Assembly: GCA_965219415.1 (NCBI GenBank) | Contig: CBDCNP010000002.1 | Span: 3,936,001 to 4,000,000 of the forward strand | DNA length: 64,000 bases | Reading direction: 5' to 3' | Source of the DNA: Candidatus Marinacidobacterales bacterium | Lineage (GTDB): Bacteria > Acidobacteriota > Vicinamibacteria > Marinacidobacterales > DATDRI01 | Part shown: positions 31,816 to 46,658 of the stretch, piece by piece | Layout of the letters: each line of letters opens with the position of its first letter | How positions within the stretch are numbered: position 1 is the stretch's first letter | Notes under the pieces: generated by a model | Database searches by the model: none | Told to the model about the DNA's origin: nothing | What the model saw: only the letters and a program-made list of their open reading frames with translations | Made by a program: the position numbers and the translations under genes

Positions 31816-32903
31816 TGCCTTGGTGCACAACTCCGATAGGGGCCGAGAGCTCGCTTGGCCCCGACTCCCATCATCCGATCATCTCGCTATCAGGCATCCC
31901 GAGCACCGTCATGGTGTTGAGAATCTTGCACCCGATCCTTGCCTCACCTCTCTGTGCCGCCAACCCTCTCGCTCGCATCGCTGAGCCCACGATAGCCTTG
32001 TAGCGATGGAACGTTGTCTCGACTTTGCTCCGTTTGCTGTAGCCCGATTCTGTGTGCCACTTTCGTTTGCCGAGCCGAGCTTGTGCTGCAATGTTGCGAT
32101 TGCGCTGTCGGCTGCTCGCCGGCCCCGATGCGAGCAGGGCGCCCTTGCGCGGCGGTATCAGCACCCTCGGCGAGCGATGAGCGCTGTGATTCTCGATTGC
32201 CTCATAGACGCCGCCGGCGTCGTATGCGGTGTCAGCTCTGGCCGATGAGATGGGACTGTCGATCTGTCCGACAAGCGATGCAACCCGCGATGAATCGCGG
32301 GCTCTTTTGCTCGTCAGCTCGCCGGCGACGACTTCGCCACTCTGCTCGTCGACACACAGATGGAGCTTGCGATAGTCCCCGCTCTTTTGTGCTCTGCGCA
32401 GCTGGCCGGCGTGGACAGCGAGACCGCTGCTGTCGATCAAGATGTGCAACGGCGTCTTCTGCTTGACTGGGTAGAAGGGGACCTTACCCAGCTTCGGCTT
32501 GCGCCTCGAGATCGTGGTGTGATCGGGCACATCATTGTCTAGCTTCATCAGAGCGAACAACGACCGCAGCAATCCCTCGCTCTGCCTAGATGACAGATGA
32601 AACACCATGCCCAGGGTGACAGCCGTCTCGATGGCGTGGTTCGAGTACTTGCGTTGACGGCCCGGTTTCCTCCTCCTTGGCCGGGGGCGCGTCCCAGTTC
32701 ACAAGCTTGCCGGCGGTGAGCGAGATCCAGACGGTCAGGCTCCCGCGGTTGCGTAGACCCGCCTCATATTCACGCCAATTCTTCACGCGATAGGCCTTCT
32801 TCACATACTGCCGCTGAGTGCGTTTGAAAATGCTCATGGGGAACCTCGTATCCGCGAGTACAGGACAATTGTGGACCGAGATCGCGAGTTGTGCACCAAG
32901 GCA
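31816..32903 (-). mobile_element. IS5 (IS903 group) copy 3, transposase frameshifted
   Basis: 1088 bp; one extra base in a G run near 32685 relative to the other copies. Confidence 0.92.
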
Positions 32904-32930
32904 CAACTTGGTTGGCTTCCTTCCTTGAAA

Positions 32931-33026
32931 CCCTCTCCCCCGTGGGGAGAGGGCAGGGTGGGGGTCAGGATGGTCTCTTCTTCCTTTACACCCTCTCCCT
33001 TTGGGAGAGGGTAGGGTGAAGGTCAG
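32931..33026. repeat. Two REP-like hairpins CCCTCTCCC-n-GGGAGAGGG.AGGGTG..GGTCAG
   Basis: Copies at 32931-32968 and 32991-33026; second abuts the kinase ATG. Confidence 0.8.
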
Positions 33027-35697
33027 ATGGCACTCTCGGCGGGCACGAAATTAGGACCCCACGAAATTCTTGCGCCCATCGGTGCGGGTGGAATGGGTGA
33101 GGTTTATCGAGCCCAAGACACACGCCTCGAACGCACCGTCGCCATCAAGGTTCTCCCGTCTCACGTAGCGAGTAACCCCGACGCCCGCGCGCGCTTCGAG
33201 CGCGAGGCTCGCGCGGTCTCGAGTTTGAATCATCCTCACATATGTACGCTTCACGATATCGGTCACCAAGATGGCATCGACTTCTTAGTGATGGAGCATA
33301 TCGAGGGAGAGACGCTCGCAGACCGCATCGGCAAAGGCGCGCTGCCTTTGGACCAAGCACTCCAGTACGGGATCGAGATCGCCGATGCGCTCGATAAAGC
33401 GCATCGACAAGGCGTGGTGCACCGCGACCTCAAGCCCGGCAACATCATGCTCACGAAGTCCGGTGCCAAGCTTCTGGACTTTGGACTCGCGAAACTGCAA
33501 GTCGCAGGATCGGGACCCGATCTCTCGGCGCTTCCCACCGAACAAAAATCCCTGACCCAACCGGGAGCAATCCTGGGAACGTTCCAGTACATGGCCCCTG
33601 AGCAGTTAGAAGGCAACGAAGCCGACGCAAGGACCGACATCTTTGCGTTTGGTGCGGTTCTTTATGAAGCGTTGACTGGGCAGAGGGCCTTCCACGGTAA
33701 GAGCCAGGCGAGTCTCATTGGAGCGATTCTCAAGGACGAACCCCCGCCCGTCAGTACCGTTCAGACCATGACTCCCCCGGCTCTGGATCACGTGATCCGG
33801 CGCTGCCTAGCAAAAGAACCGGACGACCGCTGGCAGGCGGGCATCGGACGTCATGCGGGAGCTGAAATGGATCACCGGGGGGGCTCGACCACGACTCTGC
33901 TCCCATCTGGAAGAACACAGTCGCGGCTCGTTGCCGGAATTGGTGTCGGCATTGTCGTTGGCGCGTTGCTGACGGGGTTCGCCGTTTGGGCACTCATGCG
34001 GTCGGACCCGGAGCCCACTCGGCGATTGTCCATGACCTTGCCTGCTCCGCTTGCCTTCGGATTCGCCATGTCTTCCGACGGCACACGGCTTGTGTATGGG
34101 GCCTCGTCTGGCGGTGGCAGGCAACTCTACGTCCGCTCCCTCGACCAGCTCGATGTCACGCCGCTAGCCGGGACCGAAAATGCTGCCCAGCCATTCTTCT
34201 CTCCGGACGGAGAGTGGGTGGGGTTCATTTGAATACCTCGAAGCCAAATTGAAAAAAGTCTCCGTCCACGGTGGCGCAGCACCCATGATTCTGTGCGAAA
34301 CCTCCGCCCCGAGCGGCGCATCCTGGGCCACTGACGGTTACATTATCTTTGCGAAAGAGGCCGACGAGGGTTACGGGCTGTTTCGTGTTCCAGCACGAGG
34401 CGGCGTGCCTGAGGCCTCTACGACGCCCGACACCGCCAACAACGAGCTTTACCACAGGTACCCACAGGTTCTACCAAATGGCAACGATGTCCTTTTCACC
34501 ATCACGGGCGGTGGCACCAACCCTGACCGGATCGCGGTTCTTTCGCTGGACTCCGGCGAATATCGCACCGTGGTTGAAACGGGTTACTACGGGAGGTATG
34601 TACCTAGCGGTCACATCATCTATGCCGTGGGCGGGACGCTCATGGCGGTTCCGTTCGATCTCGGAAGTCTCGAGGCGACCGGTTTTGCGGCCCCGGTGCT
34701 GGAGAACGTTTTCCACACTCGCGGGTTCAGCAGGGCATCTTTCGATTTCTCCCAGGACGGGACCCTAGTCTACCTCTCGGGGTCGACGCCCGATCTGGCA
34801 ACCCTGGTGTCGGTCGATCGTGACGGGGAGAGAGCTTGGGGCGTTCGTTGAGGGACCGCTCGAGAATCCTCGCGGGATTCGCCTTTCCCCGGATGGTCGG
34901 CGAGTCGTCCTGGTCTCGGGCCAGGGGAATGACGCCGGGGATCTATGGGTCTACGACCGAGACGGCCGTCCGCCCATTCGTTTGACGTTCGATGGTAGCA
35001 ACAGCCGTCCCGTTTGGATTCTAGACGGCACACGAATCGCATTTTCATCGACGCGCACCGGCTCCCTCGATCTCTTCTCGATCCCCGCCGATGGCAGTAA
35101 CTCCGACCCCGAGCTTCTCTTGACAAGTCAAGACGCTAAGCACGCACGAACCTGGTCGCCCCAGACCGGGGAGCTCCTCTTCGACCATGTCCTTATACCA
35201 TATCCGACGTCTTTGCGATCCCGGTCGAAGGGGAGCGCGAACCCAAAGCTGTTGTCCAGGGGAAACCCGTTGAAGGCCTAAGTTCGCTTTCATCCGACGG
35301 TCGATGGCTCGCCTATGTGTCGACCGTGACAGGCGGCGATCTCGAAGTGTGGGTGCGATCGTACCCGGACCCAGGTACCGCTACACGGGTCTCACGCAAT
35401 GGAGGTGTGGAGCCGGTCTGGGGCCCGGGTGATGAAGAACTGTACTACCTAAACCTGGCGGGAGATAAGATCATGGCGGTGAGGGTTTACACCGAACCCG
35501 ATTTCCGGTTCGAAGCGCCGACAACGTTGTTCGAAGGGGGGTATTCGCACGTCACTCAAGGTGCGCCAACATACGACGTAGGCCCCGACGGACAGTTCGT
35601 GATGGCGAAGCCGTCCGGCGGGGACGAATCAGGCAGGCAGCTCGTTGTCGTTCTCAACTGGTTCGAGGAACTCGAACGGCTAGTCCCTACCAAGTAG
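33027..35697 (+). pseudogene. Hanks-type Ser/Thr kinase with TM and TolB/PD40 propeller, multiple frameshifts
   Basis: IGAGGMGEVY, VAIKVL, HRDLKPGN, DFGLAK, YMAPE; propeller split over several frames; ends VVLNWFEELERLVPTK. Confidence 0.88.
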
Positions 35698-35701
35698 AGC
35701 C

Positions 35702-36061
35702 CTACGACTTCTTCCCTCCGTAGGCCTTCAGCAGTCTCCCGATCTGAGTGCGGCTCACGGGAAGCACGCGGTTCACGGGAGGCTCGAGCTTGAGCTCCCA
35801 GTCCTCTCCTTTCCGTCGGCGCCGGATCTCTCGGATCCGTCCCAGGTTGACGGCATGGTTGTGGTGCACGCGGAAGAATCCGTGAGGTGTAAAGAAAGGG
35901 AAAACCTCACCCAGAGAGCGAACGTCCCGGAGCCTTCGGGCGCGCCGGGTGCGTACCAGGGTCTCGTCTCCCACCGCCTCGAGAAAGTACACATCGGCGG
36001 GGTCGATGGGCACCCGGTGGTACTCGGAAAGATGGAGGAGGACGCGCTCGATTCGAGCCAT
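35702..36061 (-). CDS. Stand-alone LytTR DNA-binding protein
   Basis: DVYFLEAVGD, FFRVHHNHAVNLGRIREI, LPVSR. Confidence 0.85.
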   Translation of the reverse strand: MARIERVLLHLSEYHRVPIDPADVYFLEAVGDETLVRTRRARRLRDVRSLGEVFPFFTPHGFFRVHHNHAVNLGRIREIRRRRKGEDWELKLEPPVNRVLPVSRTQIGRLLKAYGGKKS

Positions 36062-36239
36062 CGGGAACTTCTAGCACACGTTGCCGTTCTAAGGAACCCG
36101 TTGCGGCTCTGGGGGGATGAGCTGCGGTTCCATGGAACCGGCTGCGGAGGTACGACGACTCGAGTTTCTTGTTGAACTGCGTCCGGACGCAGTTGCACCG
36201 GGCCAACCTCTTGACCCGAGCCCGCGCCCGTTTGCTTAG

Positions 36240-36825
36240 CTACGCGGTCTTCCCCCATGGAAAAGTAGTAAAGGGCTTCCGCGGTTTTGTCGGCTGCTTC
36301 CTTGCCCGCAATCTTGGCCACCAAGGCAAGCGAGGCGTCGTAGGTATGCAATTCCCCAATCGAGCTCATCATGTTGCCGTCAGTAACGATGTGCTCGTCG
36401 TCGACGACCTTCGCTTCGGGGAAACGCTTGGCCAGATCCTCGGTCCCACCGATGTATGTAGTAACTCGCCGGCCCTCGAGTAGGCACGCCTTGCCGAGCA
36501 GGAAAGCCCCGGCGCAATTGCTGGCGACGAACTTCGCTTTTTCGGCGCGGTCCTTGATGAATCCGATCAGCTTTTCGTTCGCCAATAAGGGCTCCACGTC
36601 GAGGCCGCCGGGGACAACCAAGACATCAATCGGCGGACAATTCGCGAAATCGTAGTCGGGCTCGACGCGCAGACCTTCCTCGCTCACGACGACCTTTTTC
36701 TCTTCGGCGACCAGGAACGGCTCGAACGGAACCGACCCCTTCTTCCCCGCCTTGGCGAAGATCTCGATGGGGGCGGTGACTTCACTGGTCAAGAACTTAT
36801 CAAATACAACGATACCAACCTTCAT
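36240..36825 (-). CDS. DJ-1/PfpI family protein (natural stop probably 36240; 1-nt slip near 36262 extends the ORF to 35773)
   Basis: IDVLVVPGG, VASNCAGAFLLG..LL.GRRVTT, VTDGN; removing one T gives ...YYFPWGKTA*. Confidence 0.8.
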
Positions 36826-36829
36826 TCCT

Positions 36830-38305
36830 TCATCCTCCGTTAACTTCTTCTGGAAAAAACCGCCGTAGGGCCTCAGCCGAGACGGGTTGCCCTAAGGGCG
36901 TCAATGTAAACATGAGTAGCCCGGAGATAAAAAGCCCGGGCAGAATCGGGTGGACGACCTTGACCCACGACATATCGGCCAGGGTGAGTACCGTCCAAAC
37001 CGCGGTCGTGAGTCCCCCCCAGACGCAAGACGCTACCGCCGCTTGCCTGGAAACGCGGCGGTTCGTCAGGCCGACGAGCAGCGGGAAAAAGAAACTGGCC
37101 CCGACAATGGCGAGGGCGTAGGCGACCAGCTCCAATATTAGCGCAACATCCGGCACCGAGCCGAAAAACGCCAAGGCGCCGCCGACGAGAATCGTATAGC
37201 GAGAAATGCGCAGGTAGTAGCGTTCGTCCCGGACGATTCCGCGCGGCTCATGCACGCACTTCCTCACCACGTCGTGGGCGATGGCGGCACCCGACATGAG
37301 TAGCAGCGAATCGGTGGTCGACATGATGGCGCACGCGACACCGGTAAGTGCGATCGCCGCGAGGGCCGGGGCGAGCGTCTGCGCCACCAGAGCCGGGAAC
37401 GCCTGATCAGGAGTCGCGATCGAGTCCCAGACCAGAACCCGCGCCGCCGCTCCCAAGTAGACGCCGGTGAAAACCAGCAGACCCATGACGATCAAAGCCG
37501 TCCATGGGAGGGCGCGCCGGGCAACTTTGTCATCGCGCGCGGCGAAGACCTTGGTGACCAACTCGAGTCGAGTGCTGTAGGCGACGAGCACCAAGATGTA
37601 CCAGGAAAGTAGGAACGTCCAAGACCAGGTCACGCCGGTCGGTGAGGTCCAGCCGGGGGCCACCTCTTCAACCTTGAGAAGCACCTCGAACCATCCTCCT
37701 GCCGCGCTGGAGACGCCCACCGCCACGACGATGAGCCCCAACCACATCATCAAGAACTGCGCCGCGTTCGTCCAGACGATCGCCAGGAGGCCACCCAAGG
37801 CGACATAGGAAACGAAAATGACGGTCCCCAATAGCTGCCCCCAGATCACGTCGATGCCCAACAGTCTTTCGAGAACGAATCCCATGCCCCTAATCTGCGC
37901 GATCAGATAAATCACGCTGGTGAGAGCCACGACGCCGGCGCTCCAGGCGCGGAGAAATCGGCTGTCGAAGCGGTCTCCCATGTAGTCGGGGAGCGTGAAG
38001 CCTCCCGACTTCCGGAGTTTCTTGGCGAAGAAAAACAAGATGACGGCAAAGCCCAGCGCATACGCGAAAGTGGTGGTGATCGCCACGCCGCCGATGTGGC
38101 CAGCGAATGCCAGATGACTCATGATCGCCCCGCCGTGGACCATGGCCGCCACGTTGGCCATGACCATCATCGGTACGCCGAAACGACGGCCGGCAACCCA
38201 GAAGTCTTCGGAAGTCTTTTGAAAGCGGAAGGAAACCAGGCCGATAACGACCATCACCCCCAGATAGACGGCGAAGACAATGGGGCCGATGGTGCCGAGC
38301 GGCAT
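36830..38305 (-). CDS. Sodium:solute symporter family protein
   Basis: DFWVAGRR, TLPDYMGDRFDS, YVALGGLLAIVWT, AIMSTTDSLLL; many TM helices. Confidence 0.9.
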   Translation of the reverse strand: MPLGTIGPIVFAVYLGVMVVIGLVSFRFQKTSEDFWVAGRRFGVPMMVMANVAAMVHGGAIMSHLAFAGHIGGVAITTTFAYALGFAVILFFFAKKLRKSGGFTLPDYMGDRFDSRFLRAWSAGVVALTSVIYLIAQIRGMGFVLERLLGIDVIWGQLLGTVIFVSYVALGGLLAIVWTNAAQFLMMWLGLIVVAVGVSSAAGGWFEVLLKVEEVAPGWTSPTGVTWSWTFLLSWYILVLVAYSTRLELVTKVFAARDDKVARRALPWTALIVMGLLVFTGVYLGAAARVLVWDSIATPDQAFPALVAQTLAPALAAIALTGVACAIMSTTDSLLLMSGAAIAHDVVRKCVHEPRGIVRDERYYLRISRYTILVGGALAFFGSVPDVALILELVAYALAIVGASFFFPLLVGLTNRRVSRQAAVASCVWGGLTTAVWTVLTLADMSWVKVVHPILPGLFISGLLMFTLTPLGQPVSAEALRRFFPEEVNGG

Positions 38306-38317
38306 AGAAGCCAGAGA

Positions 38318-38821
38318 CTACATCTGGACGTCTTTGGGGTCGACGTTCCAGACCGACAGCTCGAGCGTGATCCCGTTCGGGTCGGTCAACGTAATCGTGT
38401 CGAGAATCTCATGGGAAATCGTGGTGTAGGCGACGTTTCGCTCTTTGAGGCGCTTTTCGACCGCGGCGTACTGTTCCCGGGTAACCGTGAGGGCCCCATG
38501 GTGGTATCCGCCTTTTCCGACCTTGGCAGGCTCATTGACGTTGTTGAGACGCAGGAAAGCCAGGAGCTCGCCACGACCCATATCGAAGAAGACCTGGGTG
38601 GATTGAGGGTCGTTGTCCATCGCTCGCACGCGCAGCATCTTCAAGCGGATCACCTGGGTATAGAACTCGATGGTCTTGTCGATATCCCTGGTGATGAAGG
38701 CCAGGTGATTGACTCCATCGGCCTCGCTCTCGAACCCGGTGTAGGTGCTGTCCTTGTCCTTGATGTAGCGGGCGATGAGGTCTTCCCGCTCCTTCTCTGC
38801 TTCCTGCACACTCATTGACAT
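38318..38821 (-). CDS. VOC/glyoxalase family protein
   Basis: GVNHLAF...TIEFYT, YHHGAL, DPNGITLEL. Confidence 0.85.
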   Translation of the reverse strand: MSMSVQEAEKEREDLIARYIKDKDSTYTGFESEADGVNHLAFITRDIDKTIEFYTQVIRLKMLRVRAMDNDPQSTQVFFDMGRGELLAFLRLNNVNEPAKVGKGGYHHGALTVTREQYAAVEKRLKERNVAYTTISHEILDTITLTDPNGITLELSVWNVDPKDVQM

Positions 38822-38941
38822 TCCAAACCTCCCTGTAAACGCGTGGCAAGAAGTAACACGTTGCTGGCTGGCTCTGCAAGCGCATTTCCGGCAATACTGC
38901 CCGCTAGTGTGTTAAACAGTCTCACTCAGAAAGGAACCTAG

Positions 38942-39337
38942 ATGAGCACGGAAAGACGATGGATCGGCAGTGGGGTCAAATCAGAAGAGATGTTCGGCTA
39001 CTCCCGGGCCACCCGGGTGGGAGACCGGATTCTCGTGTCGGCGACCGCGGCCTCGGAGCCGGACGGAATCGTGGCACGTGGCGATGCGGGCGGCCAGGCA
39101 CGTCATATTCTCCAGAAGATTGAAGAGGCCGTTAAAGAGCTGGGCGGGACGCGAGAGGACATCGTCTTCACCCGCGTCTACTTGAAGAAGAAGGAGGACC
39201 TGATGGCCATCGCCCCGGCCCATGCGGAGTATTTTGGGGAGACCCGGCCGGCGAGCACGCTGGTACTGACCGGATTCGTCGACGATGACTTCTTGCTCGA
39301 GATAGAGGCGGAAGCGGTGATTGGGTCTGGGAAGTAG
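38942..39337 (+). CDS. RidA/YjgF family protein
   Basis: GYSRATRVGD, TRVYL, RPASTLV, LLEIEAEA. Confidence 0.88.
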   Translation: MSTERRWIGSGVKSEEMFGYSRATRVGDRILVSATAASEPDGIVARGDAGGQARHILQKIEEAVKELGGTREDIVFTRVYLKKKEDLMAIAPAHAEYFGETRPASTLVLTGFVDDDFLLEIEAEAVIGSGK

Positions 39338-39853
39338 TTACTTATTCTCGTTCTGATAAAGCCCGGCGTAGGTCTTCTCGGCCGGGGCATCGAGGCCGAA
39401 GAACACGAGCTGGATGATGCGGGCATCCTTTTGAAGCCGCAGGCCGGCGGGGTTCTCGACGACTAGAAGCGATCCGCTCCGGCCGGAGTAGCCGGAATCC
39501 CAGAGCGCGGTCTTCACACTGGCACCGCTCCGGAGGACGCTAGAACGGGTGCGCGCCAACGCGAACGCGTCGGGAGGAATGTTCACCACCTCGTTGTAGA
39601 CGACCCAGTACAAGCCACGCTCCAGATTCCACCACCCTTCCCCGTCGGGCTCGATGGGGTTGGTGTCGGGCGTGCGTCGATTCGAGTTGTCGAAATCGAT
39701 CGCGCCGGGCTCATCCGCGAACGCCGCGACTTCACGTAAGGTGAAATCGACCCCGTTCATCTGGATTTGGGTCTCAGGATCGCGGAGGTTTTCGATGAGA
39801 GGCGGATTCGCGTCCAGTCGCTTTGAGAGCTCTGGGCCGTGGATTAGTTTCAC
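39338..39853 (-). CDS. dut: dUTPase, dCTP-deaminase-fold (archaeal-like); GTG start 39853
   Basis: QIQMNGVDFTL, YNEVVNIP, ARTRSSVLRSG, LWDSGYSGR, ARIIQLVF, YAGLYQ. Confidence 0.78.
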   Translation of the reverse strand: MKLIHGPELSKRLDANPPLIENLRDPETQIQMNGVDFTLREVAAFADEPGAIDFDNSNRRTPDTNPIEPDGEGWWNLERGLYWVVYNEVVNIPPDAFALARTRSSVLRSGASVKTALWDSGYSGRSGSLLVVENPAGLRLQKDARIIQLVFFGLDAPAEKTYAGLYQNENK

Positions 39854-39858
39854 AGAGG

Positions 39859-40413
39859 CTAAAGCCTCGGCAGCGTGATGTCTTGCTGCCCTTGATACTT
39901 CCCGACCTTGTCCTTGTAGGAGCGCTCGCACACCTCGTCGCTTTCGAAGAACAAGACCTGCGCGATCCCCTCGTTGGCATAGATACGACACGGGAGGGGT
40001 GTGGTGTTGGAGATCTCGAGCGTCGCGTTCCCTTCCCATTCCGCATCGAAGCCGGTGACATTGATGATGATCCCGCAGCGGGCATAGGTGGACTTGCCGA
40101 TGGTGAGCCCGTAGACATTTCGCGGTATCCGGAAGTCCTCGACGGTGCGTGACAGCGCGAACGAATTGGGCGGGATGATGCAGACGTCTCCCTTGTAGTC
40201 CACGAAGCTCTTGGGGTCGAAGTTCTTGGGATCGACGACGGCGGTGTTGACGTTGGTGAAAATCTTGAACTCATCCGCCACACGGATGTCGTAGCCGTAG
40301 GAGGATAGGCCGTAGGAGATGACTCCCTCTCGCACCGAGTGGTCGACAAACGGGTCGATCATCTTGTGCTCGAGCGCCATTTTCTTGATCCAGTGATCGG
40401 GCTTGATGGCCAT
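39859..40413 (-). CDS. dcd: dCTP deaminase
   Basis: [54 protein letters not shown]. Confidence 0.95.
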   Translation of the reverse strand: MAIKPDHWIKKMALEHKMIDPFVDHSVREGVISYGLSSYGYDIRVADEFKIFTNVNTAVVDPKNFDPKSFVDYKGDVCIIPPNSFALSRTVEDFRIPRNVYGLTIGKSTYARCGIIINVTGFDAEWEGNATLEISNTTPLPCRIYANEGIAQVLFFESDEVCERSYKDKVGKYQGQQDITLPRL

Positions 40414-40416
40414 TCC

Positions 40417-40835
40417 TTACCCCCGGTGGATCTCCAGCGCGTTGAAGAAGTACGGGATCTCGACGGCGGCCGATTCGAGTGAGTCGGAGCCGTGAATGAT
40501 GTTGCTCTCGATCCCGGTCGCAAACTCCTTGCGAAGAGTCCCCTCCGCCGCCTTGGCCGGATCGGTCGCCCCCATCACATCACGAAGGTGAGTGATGGCG
40601 TTATCGCGCTCGAGGACCAGAACAACCGAAGGCCCCGAAGACATGAAGTCGGTTAGGCTTCCAAAGAAGGGTCGCTCGCAGTGGACGGCGTAGAACCCTT
40701 CCGCCTCCTTCTTGCTCATGTGAACGAGTTTCATGCCCAGGGTCGTGAACCCCTCCGCCTCGAGGCGGGCCAGGATTTTCCCCGCGACTCCCTGTCGCAC
40801 GCCATCGGGCTTAATGATCGAGAATGTTTTTTGAC

Positions 40836-40839
<4 letters not shown>
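40417..40839 (-). CDS. ndk: Nucleoside diphosphate kinase
   Basis: [27 protein letters not shown]. Confidence 0.96.
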
Positions 40840-45209
<4,370 letters not shown>

Positions 45210-45379
45210 AACACTCCTGTTCTGATTGGTTTCGAGCTGGGCGACGGGGTAGAAAATCGGCCGAAATACCCCGTAAAACGCAGTGCTCAGCTCTTCAAAA
45301 GGGCCTTCAGTGGAACACATCCGGGAGGGGAAAATCAACCCAGGATGCGGACTTTATGGGCTTTTTTCGGCTGTGTGGC

Positions 45380-46522
45380 CTACTCGCCCAGACGCAGCGG
45401 CACCGACAGCCGATGGTTACCCCACCAAGCGGCCAACATCGCGCGGCGGCCGTCCTCTTCGTCAGGGTAAATCTCGATGGTCATGAGCTCATTGGTGCTC
45501 TCGGTGAGCTCATGCTTCAGCCTTACTCGCCTTCCGCCGGTGGTCTCGAACGCCATGACCGGATCGAGCTGAAGCTCCCGGACCGCGGCGGGATCGAGTA
45601 CGCGTAGGTACCAGTCGTCAGAGTCGGCGGGCGAGTCCGCGGGCCGCTCGCCGACGAGGTAGTAGTCCCCCGGCTCGATGGCGACGTCGCCCAGGACCAA
45701 GGGGGTGTTCGTGTCCAACGTCGTCCACCAATTGCGGCCAAATCGCCACCTCTTTCCTTTCGTCACCGCGTCGAACTGCTCGACGTACTCTGGCTTCCAT
45801 TCGGGCTGTCCGTAGGCGACGGTGACGAGACCGTCGTCGTGAACGAGGCGCGACATCTTTCTCGGCGCCTCGAGTCCCAAGGCTTCGACGTCTTTGCCCG
45901 CCGTCTCCGGTTCGGCGAGGAGATCTACCGTCCATTCATTGGGCCCGAAGCGGATGCGGAGATCGACTAATCCCGGAGGAGTGTCGGCGGTGGGAAACTG
46001 GATCATGAGTTTCTCGGCCGATTCATCCAGCGGCGCGTGCTTGAGAGCGGCGCGATGTCCGCCCGTCGTTTCGCCGACCTGAGTGATGTCGAGACCGGCG
46101 GCGCGAACTTCCGTTGAGTCAAGCAGTATGAGGTCGAAGCTCTCATCGGTGCGTTCCATCACGAGATAGTACTTCCCGGGTGACAGCTCGGCATCGCCGA
46201 CCGTTAGTCCCGAATTGATGTCGAGGGTCGTCCAGAAGTCGCGACCGAGCCCCCATCGTTCGCCCGGGGCGAGCCCGTCGAGCTCTTTTTGTACGGCTTC
46301 ACTCCATTCCGGCTGGCCGTACTGGATGGCGGGCTCGGCGAGATCGCGATGCCGTGGATCCCTGCCGGTCAAGGTGCGATCGAAATAGCCTGCGCGAACA
46401 TCGAAGCGAGGCACGGTATCGGCTTTGATCGCAGGGTCGTCGACTTCGTTCACTGGATCCGGTGGCGTGGCACACGCGAACAAGAACGAGAGTCCGATGG
46501 CGATACCGCTTTTCTTCTTCAA
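45380..46522 (-). CDS. Lipoprotein with two DUF2911-like domains
   Basis: Lipobox LFAC; duplicated YGQPEW...W..GR..WTTLD.N..L..G...PG.YYL module. Confidence 0.72.
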   Translation of the reverse strand: MKKKSGIAIGLSFLFACATPPDPVNEVDDPAIKADTVPRFDVRAGYFDRTLTGRDPRHRDLAEPAIQYGQPEWSEAVQKELDGLAPGERWGLGRDFWTTLDINSGLTVGDAELSPGKYYLVMERTDESFDLILLDSTEVRAAGLDITQVGETTGGHRAALKHAPLDESAEKLMIQFPTADTPPGLVDLRIRFGPNEWTVDLLAEPETAGKDVEALGLEAPRKMSRLVHDDGLVTVAYGQPEWKPEYVEQFDAVTKGKRWRFGRNWWTTLDTNTPLVLGDVAIEPGDYYLVGERPADSPADSDDWYLRVLDPAAVRELQLDPVMAFETTGGRRVRLKHELTESTNELMTIEIYPDEEDGRRAMLAAWWGNHRLSVPLRLGE

Positions 46523-46658
46523 GAGCCCTCCCAGTTGCGAGCAAGTCTATTCGATGGGGACGAGGCGCTTCAACTCGATGAGGCGGGCAGCGGACTACCG
46601 CGAGACCTTGTCCGGACAAGATTCCGTGAGTTCCTGCACGGGCTCGGCTTCGGAAGGT

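Noticed and set aside
35773-36239. C-terminal extension of the DJ-1 ORF, apparent fusion over LytTR
   Set aside because: Low-complexity read-through overlapping LytTR in another frame; explained by a 1-nt slip
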